Below are positions 14,774-25,015 of a stretch of 64,000 bases of DNA, piece by piece. This DNA comes from an uncultured Chloroflexia bacterium (GTDB taxonomy: Bacteria > Chloroflexota > Chloroflexia > QHBQ01 > JADMIH01), in assembly GCA_963797095.1 (NCBI GenBank), contig CAWCNY010000002.1, forward strand, positions 1,280,001 to 1,344,000. Direction: 5' to 3'. The notes under the pieces were generated by a model that ran no database searches, had not been told where the DNA came from, and saw nothing but the letters and a program-made list of their open reading frames with translations. A program made the position numbers and the translations under genes. Numbering within the stretch: the first letter of the stretch is position 1; the number at the start of each line of letters is the position of its first letter.

Positions 14774-15832
14774 CTTCGTTCTCCATTCGCTTGTGCAGGA
14801 GGATCAGCACCGCCGCTTCGTCGGGGGGTAGCCCATCCAGTTCTCTGGCTATGGATTTCTTTGGCGGGGTTTGCAGGTCGTCGAGAAGAGTGCCCTCGAG
14901 GTAGGATCGATTATGGCGGGGTGGACGTAGCATTTACGGCAGATGGCGGGGGTATTGCCGAGGCGGGCGGCTACCTGGTCTACGGCGACTACTACGTTGT
15001 GCCTGGACTCGGTTTTGGTGTTGGCGGGTTCCATCTCCTGAAGGGCGGCGGCTGCGAGCACGGTGCCTGCCCAGGTTCTGAAGTCCTTGGCGGTGAAGTC
15101 GTGGCCGCTGATCTCTTTGAGGTAATCGTTTACGTCGCCTGAGTCTATATTGTGGCGCTGGCCGTCGTCATCAACGTAGCCGAATAGCTCCTGGCCGGGG
15201 AGGTCCTGGCAACGCCTGACGACGCGGGCAAGACGCCTGTCTTTGACGCTTATGCTGTGGGTCTTGCCGCTTTTGCCTCTGAACTTGAAGCGGAGTTGAG
15301 CGCCGTCTACTTTGACGTGCCTGTTGCGCAGGGTGGTGAGGCCGAAGGATTTGTTGGCGCGGGCGTATTCCTCGTTTCCTACACGGATGAGGGTGGTTTC
15401 GAGGAGGCAGACCACGGTGGCAAGCACCTTCATGTGGGGAAGGCCGGAGAGGGCCATATCGTGTTCGACACGCTCGCGGATGGCGGGGAGGGCTTTGCCG
15501 AAATCGATCATCCGCTCGTACTTGGCCTGGTCGCGTACTTCGCGCCACCTGGGATGGTAGCGGTACTGCTTGCGGCCTTTGTCGTCGAGGCCGGTGGCCT
15601 GGATGTGACCGTTGGGGATTGGAGAGATCCAGACCTCGCGCCATGCGGGAGGGATCACGAGAGCTTTAATGCGGGCGAGGGTCTATTTGTTGGTGACAGG
15701 CTCACCGTCGGGGTTGGTGTAGTGCCAGCCTCTGGCGGCGCGCCTGCGCTTGATGCCGGGCCTTTTGTCGGTAACATAGCGCAGGTGGGCTTCTTTGGCC
15801 GCTTCTCTGGCTTCTTCCTGTATGCTTACCAC
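14763..15832 (-). pseudogene. DNA topoisomerase IB, disrupted (in-frame TAG at 15683-15685; 1-bp deletion near 14905)
   Basis: IPPAW, GRKQYRYH, IRVGNEEY, FRGKSG, KDFRTW, LGNTPAICRKCYVHP. The N-terminus LRYVTD..PGI is in frame before the TAG; the C-terminus YLEGTLL..EAAVL is in a shifted frame. Confidence 0.85.
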
Positions 15833-15951
15833 TGGTTGATCCTTTCTATGCCGGTGGAGTTGAGGGATGCGTGTACCTTTGGGTAGTTATTTCGTGTTTT
15901 TGCCGGGTTTGGGTGGCTCTTGTTGTGAGATGGTTGAATTTTCCCCCGTTA

Positions 15952-16000
15952 ACTAAATGGCCATGGTTGAGTAAAACGGGACAGGTTTTGGGGTGTACTT
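15952..16000. repeat. Dispersed intergenic repeat, copy 1 (copy 2 at 61929-61977)
   Basis: ACTAAATGGC..GGACAGGTTTTGGGGTGTACTT present at both sites. Confidence 0.7.
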
Positions 16001-16128
16001 TCGGGTGGTTTTTACAGTTTGAAGTTTGAGGTTGACGTGTGGAGCATGTTGTTTGGGTTCTTGGGTAAATGGTCTAGGGTTTGTGCTGGCTCAGATGGGA
16101 ATCCGCGCTGTATACGACCTCCCTGAGA

Positions 16129-16150
16129 GCGAGGCATGCCTCGCCCCTAC
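16129..16150. repeat. GTAG-type REP palindrome remnant
   Basis: GCGAGGCATGCCTCGC palindrome followed by CCCTAC. Confidence 0.55.
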
Positions 16151-16249
16151 AGGTCTTTGCTTTGTTGAGCGGTTACTGGCAAGTGGCGTGCCAGAATGAG
16201 GTGGGGTATAATCCGGTTGCTGCCGGTGGTGTATTATGCAGGGCTGTGT

Positions 16250-16867
16250 ATGGATGATCTTCAGACTATTATTGGCCGGGTGGCGGCTGTACAGAACGGG
16301 TTCGTGCCCATCAGGGCAGAGGCCGAGCGCTTGGTGGCGGGGCACAGTACCACCGATAGCTTGAGTATGGCGCGGACGCTGCTTGAGGAGCAGGCGTACC
16401 AGGCTCGCGCACTGGGCACTTTTGTGCTGGGGAAGATCGCACATGAAGCGCCTGAGGCGTTTGCTTTATTGCTGGAAAGTGTGAGTCACGATCCCGATTG
16501 GAGGGTGCAGGAGATACTGGCGATGGCGTTCGATAGCTATTGCGCCAATATCGGGTATGAGGCCGCGCTGCCTGTTATCGAGCAGTGGATGGCGCATTCA
16601 AATCCGAACGTGCGGCGGGCGGCGTCGGAGGGGTTGAGGATCTGGACGGCCCGCCCATATTTTCGAGAGCACGCACAGGTGGCGATTGCGCTGTTGAGCA
16701 GGTTGAAGGCGGACAAGAGTGAGTATGTGAGGAAGTCGGCGGGGAACGCTCTGCGAGATATCAGCCGCAAGTATGGGCCACTTGTGAAGGATGAGGTTGG
16801 CATATGGGACCTTTCGGACAAGCGAGTGGCCCATACTTATAAGCTGGCGGCGCGGTTTCTTGATTAG
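16250..16867 (+). CDS. HEAT-repeat DNA alkylation repair family protein (AlkD-like)
   Basis: DWRVQEILA, NVRRAASEGLRIWT, SEYVRKSAGNALRDISR. Confidence 0.8.
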   Translation: MDDLQTIIGRVAAVQNGFVPIRAEAERLVAGHSTTDSLSMARTLLEEQAYQARALGTFVLGKIAHEAPEAFALLLESVSHDPDWRVQEILAMAFDSYCANIGYEAALPVIEQWMAHSNPNVRRAASEGLRIWTARPYFREHAQVAIALLSRLKADKSEYVRKSAGNALRDISRKYGPLVKDEVGIWDLSDKRVAHTYKLAARFLD

Positions 16868-16894
16868 TTTGGGACGCTAATTTACACTGCATCC

Positions 16895-17641
16895 ATGTTC
16901 CCATATACATTTGACAAGCGGCCCGATCTGAGAGAGGAGATGGGCGCGATCCCACAGCGGGTGTGGCCTGCGTTCATGATGGAGGACGTGATCTCGGACC
17001 GCTACTGGCACTCACTTTACACCGTGTTCCCCGAGTACCAGAGCGCGCTTGTGGACGAGGAGGGGAAGGTGATCGCCACGGCACATACGATCCCCCTCAG
17101 GTGGGATGGCAAGCCGTGGACGCTGCCTCCGGGGTGGGACGAGGTGATAGCCTGGGGTTTCGCGGACCACGCGGCGGGACGGGAGCCTAACACGCTGTCG
17201 GCTCTCTCGGCTGAGATCGTGCCTGAGTACCAGGGGAAGGGTTTGAGCGCGGAGCCTCTGAAGCAGATGCGCAGGATCGCGGAAGCGCATGGGTTTGGCT
17301 CCCTGATTGCACCCGTGAGGCCGACGTTGAAGGCGCGCTACCCGCTGGTGCCCTTCGAGCAGTACGTGTACTGGACGCGCGAGGATGGGTTGCCTTTTGA
17401 CCCATGGATGCGGGTGCATGCGCGATTGGGGGCCGAGATCGTGAAGACCGCGCCACGGTCTATGTACGTGCCGGGTAGGGTGGTCGATTGGGAGAAGTGG
17501 ACCGGGATGAAGTTCCCGGAGTTGGGGCAGTACGTGGTGGAAGGCGCGCTTCAACCAGTGTCAATTGACCGGGAGCGGGACCTGGGGGAGTATTATGATC
17601 CTAATGTTTGGATGAGGCACAGGGTGACGAGTGACAAGTGA
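16895..17641 (+). CDS. GNAT-like N-acetyltransferase
   Basis: YQGKGLS acetyl-CoA motif; APVRPT..YP, DPWMRVHARLG. Confidence 0.8.
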   Translation: MFPYTFDKRPDLREEMGAIPQRVWPAFMMEDVISDRYWHSLYTVFPEYQSALVDEEGKVIATAHTIPLRWDGKPWTLPPGWDEVIAWGFADHAAGREPNTLSALSAEIVPEYQGKGLSAEPLKQMRRIAEAHGFGSLIAPVRPTLKARYPLVPFEQYVYWTREDGLPFDPWMRVHARLGAEIVKTAPRSMYVPGRVVDWEKWTGMKFPELGQYVVEGALQPVSIDRERDLGEYYDPNVWMRHRVTSDK

Positions 17642-17773
17642 CGAGTGAGGAGTGGGAAGACGTATTGCGTACTTCGTACTGCGTATTGCTTAGGATCTCG
17701 TGGCATTGGTTTATGATCTATGGACCGGGCGGGACAAGCCTGTCGATAGCTCGTTTGGCTGGAGAGCCTGAGT

Positions 17774-18388
17774 GTGTCGCTGGAGAGAGTGCGAACGGAG
17801 GTGGTGAACGTGCTGAATGATTTTAGTGAGTTTGCGATGGGGCCATCGGGGGAGGGTTCGTCCGGTGGGTCTGTGAGTGGGCTTCCGGTGGCGATGCTGA
17901 AGACGTCGTTCGACTATTTGATATGGGCGCGTGACCAGTTGCTGCCCTCGATACAGGGGTTGGAGGCGGGGCAATTGAAGGAAGTGCCTGCGGAGTTGCA
18001 GAAGGGAGTGTATGGGTCGCTGCACGACACGCTGGCACACATGGCGCAGTCGGAGTGGCTGTGGATAGAGCGGTGCCGGGGGGAGTTGCCGTTGCGGCTG
18101 CCGAAGGGGGAGGATTTCAAAGACCTGACCGCTATCATTGATTGGTGGAACACGGTGCATGCGGAGGCCGTGCAGTATTTGAACGTGATCGGGGAAGACG
18201 ATCTTGAGAGCGAGATCACGTATTTAGCGCCCGATGGGAAGCGGCGCACGCGCAAAGTGTGGCATATGCTGTTGCAGGTGTCGAACCACCAGACCGAGCA
18301 CCGGGCGCAGGTGGCTACTATGCTTGGGAGCCTGGGGTTGGAGGTGCCGCCGACCGATCTCGTGGTCTATTTGAGCCAGCAGGGATGA
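17774..18388 (+). CDS. DinB family protein
   Basis: SLHDTLAHM..E..W and NHQTEHRAQ metal-binding histidines. Confidence 0.85.
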   Translation: MSLERVRTEVVNVLNDFSEFAMGPSGEGSSGGSVSGLPVAMLKTSFDYLIWARDQLLPSIQGLEAGQLKEVPAELQKGVYGSLHDTLAHMAQSEWLWIERCRGELPLRLPKGEDFKDLTAIIDWWNTVHAEAVQYLNVIGEDDLESEITYLAPDGKRRTRKVWHMLLQVSNHQTEHRAQVATMLGSLGLEVPPTDLVVYLSQQG

Positions 18389-18768
18389 GCCAGAGGGGAC
18401 AGGAGCGGGGTTTGCTGTGGGCGCTGCTCGCGCTTTCGGTGGTGGGTGCGTTCGCGGCGTTCTTACTTATGGATGGTGCGGGCTACATCAGGGGATCGGT
18501 GGAGGGTTTGCCTGCCGGGTACTGGTTGTATCTGGGGCTTGAGGCGGTTTCGATGGGGGTGTTTTTCTACGTGCTGTCGCGCATATTTCACCAGAGGTCG
18601 AAGTGGAACCGGGTGCTGCTGACGGCGCTGCTTGGTGGGTTCAACGTCGTTTTGACGTTGGTGCAGATCTCCAGGGAGGGGTGGCTGGGAAGGGATGTGC
18701 TTGCGCTGGGGGCAGGGGCCGGGATGCTGGTGGTGGCTGCTGTGTTTGTTCTTGAGCCTGCTGTTTAG
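18385..18768 (+). CDS. Hypothetical membrane protein (about 4 TM)
   Basis: ATGA overlap with the DinB-family stop; hydrophobic segments. Confidence 0.6.
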   Translation: MSQRGQERGLLWALLALSVVGAFAAFLLMDGAGYIRGSVEGLPAGYWLYLGLEAVSMGVFFYVLSRIFHQRSKWNRVLLTALLGGFNVVLTLVQISREGWLGRDVLALGAGAGMLVVAAVFVLEPAV

Positions 18769-18847
18769 CTTGCTTGTGCTACAATGTATTGCTTGTGGCG
18801 GGATTTGTCTTGCTCTGGACGCTTGCTCTGGAATAGGATTGGTGCTG

Positions 18848-19489
18848 ATGATTAAAGGCTCTGTAGTTCGTTCTCGATGGCGCGGTAATGGTGGTGGCGC
18901 TCTCTCCGTGGGTCTCCTTCTGGTGGCGCTGGTGTGTCTGGCGGCTTGCGATTTGTCGGGCGCGCCTACGCCGGTGCCGACAGTGGACCCTCTCGCGCAG
19001 GCGCTCTCGGAGATCCCGGCGGCCCCGGCGATCAATATCCGCGATGATTGGGCTGGGCTATCGAAGTCCTCTCCACAGTTGGCCCACTATTTGCTCGACC
19101 GCACGGTTGATGGGCTTACGGGGACGGCTGAGTTCTCGGCGGGGACTGAACCTGTGACGACCACAGCCGAGATAACGATCCCTGAGAGCGTTGTGCAGGA
19201 CTTCCTAGGGAAGCTGGCCGCCGTGCCGCTCAAAGAGGGCATTTACACCCCTAAGATCGACCATACTGACGATTCTCCCAATATCTCGATTACGATACAG
19301 GTCGATTCCGGGATAGTGTCGTTCTACAGCCAGTCGCAGGGTGACGACCACCTTCCGTGGGGAGCCAGTATCGCCAACAAGATTTACGTGATCGATACGC
19401 CCGATGTGGCCCAGGCCCTGGCTTTGCTCGAGCCTTATCTCAAGAAGGATGTGCTTCAACAGGTTATTGATGAGGCGGCGAACCGGTAG
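18848..19489 (+). CDS. Hypothetical lipoprotein
   Basis: Signal peptide with LAAC lipobox followed by a PTP linker. Confidence 0.7.
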   Translation: MIKGSVVRSRWRGNGGGALSVGLLLVALVCLAACDLSGAPTPVPTVDPLAQALSEIPAAPAINIRDDWAGLSKSSPQLAHYLLDRTVDGLTGTAEFSAGTEPVTTTAEITIPESVVQDFLGKLAAVPLKEGIYTPKIDHTDDSPNISITIQVDSGIVSFYSQSQGDDHLPWGASIANKIYVIDTPDVAQALALLEPYLKKDVLQQVIDEAANR

Positions 19490-19531
19490 TGGTTGCGCTC
19501 CAGTGACAACATATAGGCCAGTGAGGCGACT

Positions 19532-20746
19532 ATGAGCCCAAAGAACAGTGTAGACGACGAAATAGAGCAAGACGCGTTGGAGGCAGCGAGGCTTGGTCCC
19601 TCGCCTTTCGCGGGAATGCGCACGCCCCGTTGGATGTGGGGCTGGCTGCTGGGCGCGGTGTTTCTGCTGTTCCTCTATTTAGTCAGGGGGGTACTGGGTC
19701 CGTTTATTATCGCGGGGGTGCTGGCCTACATATTTAGCATGGTGGTGGACCAGGTGCAGGAGCGCTTTCGGTGGCCCCGCTGGCTGACCGTGGCGCTGCT
19801 GTATGTGGTGGTGCTTGGGGCCATAGGGGTGGGGCTGTACTTCGGGGCGGAAGCTATATTCGAGCAGACGCGGGACTTTATCAACCAGGGGCCTAACCTG
19901 GTTGAGCAGAGCCTTCGGCAGATCATAGGCGACCAGTCGTACACCTTCGCGGGCATGACCCTGGATGCCAAGAGTCTGGCCGACAGGATCAATGCCGGCC
20001 TGAGCGACTACCTGGGGAACGGAGGCACAGGCGACATACTCACGTTCGCGCGCGGTGTGGGGGTGCGGCTGCTCGATACTCTGCTTGCGCTTATCGTGAC
20101 TTTCTACTTGTTATTGAACGGCGGCGCGTTTGGGGCTTACCTGCTCAGGTTCGTGCCTGAGGGATCTAGGGCGCGCACGGGTTACGTGGCGGGACGCATA
20201 CATACCGTGCTTGGGGCGTATTTGCGCGGGCAGCTCTTGCTGATACTGCTGATGTCGGTGGTGTCGTTCATCGTGTTGCAGTTCGTATTCAATGTGCCAT
20301 TCGCGATACCACTGGCTGTTCTGACCGGGTTCCTTGAGATTTTGCCGCTGGTTGGGCCTGCTATCGCTACGGTGCTGGCCGGAGGCGTGGCGCTGGGAGC
20401 GCATGGCTTTGGGGCGGCGATTGGGGTTGTGATCGCGTACTTTATTCTGCGCGAGCTTGAGGATAACCTGGTCATGCCTATGGTAGTGGGGAGAGCGGTG
20501 GAACTTCAGCCGGTGATCACGATCTTCGCGGTGCTGGCCGGGGGGCAGGTGGCGGGGATACTGGGGATGCTGCTGGCCGTTCCCGCTGCGGCGGCTATTA
20601 AGGTGATACTGGATTTCCTGTACCCCGCTGATGGAGGTGCGGCTGTATCGCAGGCACAAAAGGGGTTAGAGGTGGCCCGCCAGGAAGCCGAAGCGCGAGG
20701 AGAGGTGCCGGAAGAAGAGCCGTCATTGCAGAGAGGCCGCAGTTGA
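19532..20746 (+). CDS. AI-2E family transporter
   Basis: AYLRGQL, EILPLVGP, LEDNLVMP, GGQVAGILGMLLAVP. Confidence 0.9.
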   Translation: MSPKNSVDDEIEQDALEAARLGPSPFAGMRTPRWMWGWLLGAVFLLFLYLVRGVLGPFIIAGVLAYIFSMVVDQVQERFRWPRWLTVALLYVVVLGAIGVGLYFGAEAIFEQTRDFINQGPNLVEQSLRQIIGDQSYTFAGMTLDAKSLADRINAGLSDYLGNGGTGDILTFARGVGVRLLDTLLALIVTFYLLLNGGAFGAYLLRFVPEGSRARTGYVAGRIHTVLGAYLRGQLLLILLMSVVSFIVLQFVFNVPFAIPLAVLTGFLEILPLVGPAIATVLAGGVALGAHGFGAAIGVVIAYFILRELEDNLVMPMVVGRAVELQPVITIFAVLAGGQVAGILGMLLAVPAAAAIKVILDFLYPADGGAAVSQAQKGLEVARQEAEARGEVPEEEPSLQRGRS

Positions 20747-20904
20747 TAGATAATGAGGGTGACTCTTTTGTAAAAGGACTCTCTACGAAGAATCTGATCT
20801 CCTGTGTTTCTGCGGTCGGTTGCGGGTGGTTCTGAGTAGAGTAGGATAGATTGTGCGTTCAGTAGGGCATATGATAATGTGTGGGTCCCGGAACTTACGT
20901 CGAT

Positions 20905-20936
20905 TTGTCATTCTGAGCGGTAGCGAAGAATGACAA
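20905..20936. repeat. GTCATTCTGAGC..GAAGAATGAC palindromic repeat, left of the GIY-YIG gene
   Basis: TTGTCATTCTGAGCGGTAGCGAAGAATGACAA. Confidence 0.75.
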
Positions 20937-21027
20937 AAGCAAGCTGGGGAGGCTTATTTAGCGGTGGCGCGTGTCGACAGAGTGTCAACTCATTGTAGGA
21001 AACAGTCGATGGCTGGCTAAAGAAGGC

Positions 21028-21318
21028 ATGAAGCAGTATTACCTACATATACTGACCAACGCTACGCGCACCCTTTATGTTGGCGTGACCAACGGCTTTG
21101 AGCGTCGGGTGTACGAGCATAAGAATAAGCTGATTGAGGGCTTCACATCGCGATACAACATTACTTGGTTGGTGTATTACGCTGAGAGTAATGATATTCG
21201 TGAGGTGATTGCTCGCGAAAAGCAAATCAAGGGTTGGACTCGTGAGAAGAAGGTTAGCCTAATAACCGAGTTCAACCCATAATGGCGCGATCTCGCCGCC
21301 GACTGGTACAATGATTGA
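21028..21318 (+). pseudogene. Small GIY-YIG nuclease with premature TAA at 21280-21282
   Basis: YYLHILTN..TLYVGVTN..RRVYEHK..FTSRY..LVYY.E..AREKQIKGW.REKK..NP*WRDL. Confidence 0.8.
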
Positions 21319-21445
21319 TGGCGGTTAGTAGAATACTAGGTTTCTGCTTCTGTGTAAGGCTCATGTTTGTGTTCTGCAATTCCATTTCGTTTGATGGTCC
21401 TACTTGGCCGAGCTTATGCGACTGTGCCCACAAACTAACGTTGAT

Positions 21446-21533
21446 TTGTCATTCTGAGCTTGTGAAGAATTTAAAATGCAGACATGCCACTCAACCATCA
21501 TCCAAGATTCTGAGCGATAGCGAAGAATGACAA
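21446..21533. repeat. GTCATTCTGAGC-family repeat pair, right of the GIY-YIG gene
   Basis: TTGTCATTCTGAGCTTGTGAAGAAT ... GATTCTGAGCGATAGCGAAGAATGACAA. Confidence 0.75.
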
Positions 21534-21645
21534 AGGGATGCAGGAGAGGCGCTTTTGAACATTTGCTTGCAACCTGCCCCGCTCAAAATGATTGAAACTA
21601 CAACATTACTAGACCCAAGTTCTATCTTGTAAGGAGAATCGAAAC

Positions 21646-24513
21646 ATGGCAACCTCAACCACTAATCCACAATCCGCAACATCCAACCCGCAATCGCATA
21701 AGTGGGTGTATTTGTTCCATGAGGGGACCGCCAAGCAGCGCGACTTGCTGGGGGGCAAAGGGGCGGGCCTGGCCGAGATGACCAACGCCGGGCTGCCTGT
21801 GCCTCCTGGGTTTACTATTACTACGGAGGCGTGCCGCGCCTTCTACGCGAACGGCGAGAAGTTCCCGGATGGCATGTGGGATCAGGCTATGGAAGCGCTA
21901 CGCGTTGTGGAGGGCGAAACTGGTAAGAAACTGGGCGACCCTCAGAACCCATTGCTGGTGTCGGTGCGCTCAGGGGCCAAGTTCTCGATGCCGGGTATGA
22001 TGGACACCGTGCTCAACCTGGGGCTGAACCCGGAGACATTGCAGGGATTGGTCAAGCTGACCGGCAACGAGCGATTTGGTTATGATGCCTATCGCCGTTT
22101 CATCCAGTTGTTCGGGCGTATCGTGATGGGTGTGGAAGCGCCTGTGTTCGATGATTTGCTCGACAAGATGAAGGAGGAGCGAGGCGTGTCGCTCGATACC
22201 GAGTTGATAGCCGGCGACCTGCGCACGCTGGTGGACCAGTTCAAGGCAGCGGTCAAGCGCGAAACGGGCAAAGATTTCCCCGACGATCCATACGAGCAAT
22301 TGAGGATGGCTATCCAGGCTGTGTTCAACTCGTGGAACTCGCCTCGCGCTTTCGCCTATAGGAAGGCGCAAGATATACCGGACGACCTGGGCACGGCGGT
22401 CAATGTGGTGATGATGGTGTTCGGGAATATGGGCAACGACTCGGGCACGGGCGTGGCCTTCACGCGCAATCCCTCCACGGGTGACGAAAAATTGTACGGC
22501 GAGTTCCTGGTGAACGCTCAGGGAGAGGACGTGGTGGCGGGTATTCGCACACCCCAGAAGATCGCTCAGTTGGAAGAGGAGATGCCCGAAGTTTACAGGC
22601 AGTTCGATGAGATCGGGCGCAGGTTGGAGCAGCATTACAGGGATATGCAGGACCTGGAGTTCACGGTCGAGCGCGGCAAGCTGTATATGTTGCAGACGCG
22701 CTCAGGCAAAAGGACTGCGGCGGCGGCGGTCAAGATCGCGGTCGATATGGTGAACGAGGGGCTGATCAGCAAGGAGGAGGCGGTGCAGCGTGTAGAGCCT
22801 GCGCACGTGGTGCAACTGCTGCTGCCCCGGTTTGACGATAAGGACAAGGAGCGCGCCAGCAACGAAGGTAAATTGCTGGCGGTGGGGTTGAACGCCGCAC
22901 CTGGAGCCGCGGTTGGCAAGGCCATTTTCTCGGCGGACAAAGCTGAGGAGGTGGGACATTCGGGGCAGGCCGTGGTGCTGGTGCGCGAGGAGACTAACCC
23001 AGAGGACGTGCACGGCATGATCGCGTCGAAGGGCGTGCTGACCCAGCGCGGCGGGGCGACTTCGCACGCTGCTGTGGTGGCCCGGCAGTTCGGCAAGGTG
23101 TGCGTGGCGGGAGCCGAGAAGGGCGGCCTGCTGATCAACGACGAAGAAGGGTATCTGACCGCACATGGGGTGACCGTGCGCGAAGGCGAAACGATCTCGA
23201 TAGACGGGACTACGGGCGAGGTGTTCGCGGGGGCGATTGCTCTTATCGAGCCTAATTACGAGGAAGAGATCGACCTGATTACGCTGCTTGAGTGGGCTGA
23301 TAGCGCACGCAAGCTGGGTGTGTGGGCCAACGCCGACTACCCACGCGATGCGGTGAAAGCGGTGGCGTTCGGGGCCGAGGGGATCGGGCTTTGCCGAACG
23401 GAGCATATGTTCTTCGAGGAGGAGCGGCTGCCTGTCGTGCGCCAAATGATCCTGTCGGCTTCGGAGGCGACCCGCCTGGACAACGCGCTGGCGAGCGCGC
23501 AGACCGCGCTGGCGAAGCTTTCTGCGGAATCGGAGAAGCGTGGAGAGGCCGAAGCGGAGGTGAAGAAGGCGCAGGCCGATATCGATGCGTCCGAAGCGCA
23601 CCGCGATTACCACGACGCGCTTGCCCAGTTGGAGAAGATACAGCAAGGCGACTTCTACGGCATCTTGAAGGCAATGGGCGGTCGCCCCACGGTGATCCGC
23701 TTGCTCGATCCGCCTTTGCATGAATTCCTGCCTTCGTATGATGAACTGCTGGTGGAGACTACCGAGTTGAGGATGTCGGGCAAAGAGAACGCGCCTGAGT
23801 ACAAGGAGGCTATGCACCTGCTTGGCATTGTGGGGCAGATGCGCGAGCAGAACCCTATGCTAGGTCTGCGCGGCTGCCGCCTTGGGATCATGTTCCCGGC
23901 TATCAACGATATGCAGGTGAGGGCTATCTTGAAGGCGTCCAACCAACTGCTGAACGAGGGGCTGGAGTCGCACCCTGAGATAATGATCCCGCTGGTGGGT
24001 CATGTGAACGAGTTGAAGCGGGTGCGCGAGCAACTTGTGGGGATCGCGAAGGATGTGGAGAAGGAAGCGGGCCGAGATCTGCCTTATAAGTTCGGGACGA
24101 TGATCGAGATCCCTCGGGCTGCACTTACGGCGGGTGAGATCGCGGAGTACGCGGAGTTCTTCTCGTTCGGAACGAACGACCTGACGCAGACCACGTTCGG
24201 CTATTCGAGAGATGATGCCGAGGGCAAGTTCCTGTTGCAGTATGTGGAAATGGGTATCCTGCCGGAGAACCCGTTCCAAACGCTGGATAGGGGTGGTGTG
24301 GGCGCGCTGGTGAGGATGGCGACCGAGCAGGGCCGCAAGACCCGACCTGAATTGAAGGTGGGGATCTGCGGAGAACACGGCGGCGACCCATCGTCGATCC
24401 ACTTCTGCCACGAGGTCGGGCTGAACTATGTGTCGTGCTCGCCCTATCGTGTGCCGGTGGCTCGGTTGGCGGCTGCGCAGGCTGCTTTGGAGGCCGGAGA
24501 GAAGGACAAGTAA
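21646..24513 (+). CDS. ppdK: Pyruvate, phosphate dikinase
   Basis: LLGGKGAGLAEMT, SVRSGA, TSHAAVVAR phospho-His, GLCRTEHMF, FSFGTNDLTQ, GICGEHGG. Confidence 0.97.
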   Translation: MATSTTNPQSATSNPQSHKWVYLFHEGTAKQRDLLGGKGAGLAEMTNAGLPVPPGFTITTEACRAFYANGEKFPDGMWDQAMEALRVVEGETGKKLGDPQNPLLVSVRSGAKFSMPGMMDTVLNLGLNPETLQGLVKLTGNERFGYDAYRRFIQLFGRIVMGVEAPVFDDLLDKMKEERGVSLDTELIAGDLRTLVDQFKAAVKRETGKDFPDDPYEQLRMAIQAVFNSWNSPRAFAYRKAQDIPDDLGTAVNVVMMVFGNMGNDSGTGVAFTRNPSTGDEKLYGEFLVNAQGEDVVAGIRTPQKIAQLEEEMPEVYRQFDEIGRRLEQHYRDMQDLEFTVERGKLYMLQTRSGKRTAAAAVKIAVDMVNEGLISKEEAVQRVEPAHVVQLLLPRFDDKDKERASNEGKLLAVGLNAAPGAAVGKAIFSADKAEEVGHSGQAVVLVREETNPEDVHGMIASKGVLTQRGGATSHAAVVARQFGKVCVAGAEKGGLLINDEEGYLTAHGVTVREGETISIDGTTGEVFAGAIALIEPNYEEEIDLITLLEWADSARKLGVWANADYPRDAVKAVAFGAEGIGLCRTEHMFFEEERLPVVRQMILSASEATRLDNALASAQTALAKLSAESEKRGEAEAEVKKAQADIDASEAHRDYHDALAQLEKIQQGDFYGILKAMGGRPTVIRLLDPPLHEFLPSYDELLVETTELRMSGKENAPEYKEAMHLLGIVGQMREQNPMLGLRGCRLGIMFPAINDMQVRAILKASNQLLNEGLESHPEIMIPLVGHVNELKRVREQLVGIAKDVEKEAGRDLPYKFGTMIEIPRAALTAGEIAEYAEFFSFGTNDLTQTTFGYSRDDAEGKFLLQYVEMGILPENPFQTLDRGGVGALVRMATEQGRKTRPELKVGICGEHGGDPSSIHFCHEVGLNYVSCSPYRVPVARLAAAQAALEAGEKDK

Positions 24514-24519
24514 ACTCTT

Positions 24520-24561
24520 TTGTACACGAAGATACGAAGCATAACGAAGGGCACGAAGGAA
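24520..24561. repeat. Left 42-bp inverted repeat flanking the GxxExxY gene
   Basis: TTGTACACGAAGATACGAAGCATAACGAAGGGCACGAAGGAA; one mismatch to the reverse complement of 25016-25057. Confidence 0.9.
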
Positions 24562-24577
24562 TAAAGGGTTTAGGGCT

Positions 24578-25006
24578 ATGGCGATAAAAGGGAGTAACCT
24601 GGCGGGGATGCATAATAGTGCTCTGGACGAAGAGCTTGATGTGCTTTCTTATGCTGTAATCGGTGCGGCTATCGAAGTTCATCGTTTGCTTGGCCCAGGT
24701 TTCCCGGAATCGGTTTACGAGGAAGCTCTCTGTTTTGAATTGGAATTGCGTGGTATCCACTGCGCCAGGCAGGTACCTATCCACATCACTTATAAAAGTC
24801 GTGACGTGGGCGAAGGCAGGATCGATATACTCGTAGATAATAGTCTGGTTGTGGAGTTGAAAGCTGTTGAGGCATTTTCGCCAATGCACGTTGCACAAGT
24901 GCTCTCGTATCTCAAGGCGACCAAGAATAGAGTAGGGTTATTGCTCAATTTCAATGTGTTACGGCTAAAAGAAGGCGGCATCAAACGCTACATATACGAC
25001 CCTTAA
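24578..25006 (+). CDS. GxxExxY family protein (PD-(D/E)xK nuclease fold)
   Basis: IGAAIEVHRLLGPGFPESVYEEAL, RIDILV, VELKAV, QVLSYLK, GLLLNF. Confidence 0.92.
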   Translation: MAIKGSNLAGMHNSALDEELDVLSYAVIGAAIEVHRLLGPGFPESVYEEALCFELELRGIHCARQVPIHITYKSRDVGEGRIDILVDNSLVVELKAVEAFSPMHVAQVLSYLKATKNRVGLLLNFNVLRLKEGGIKRYIYDP

Positions 25007-25015
25007 TACCCTAAG

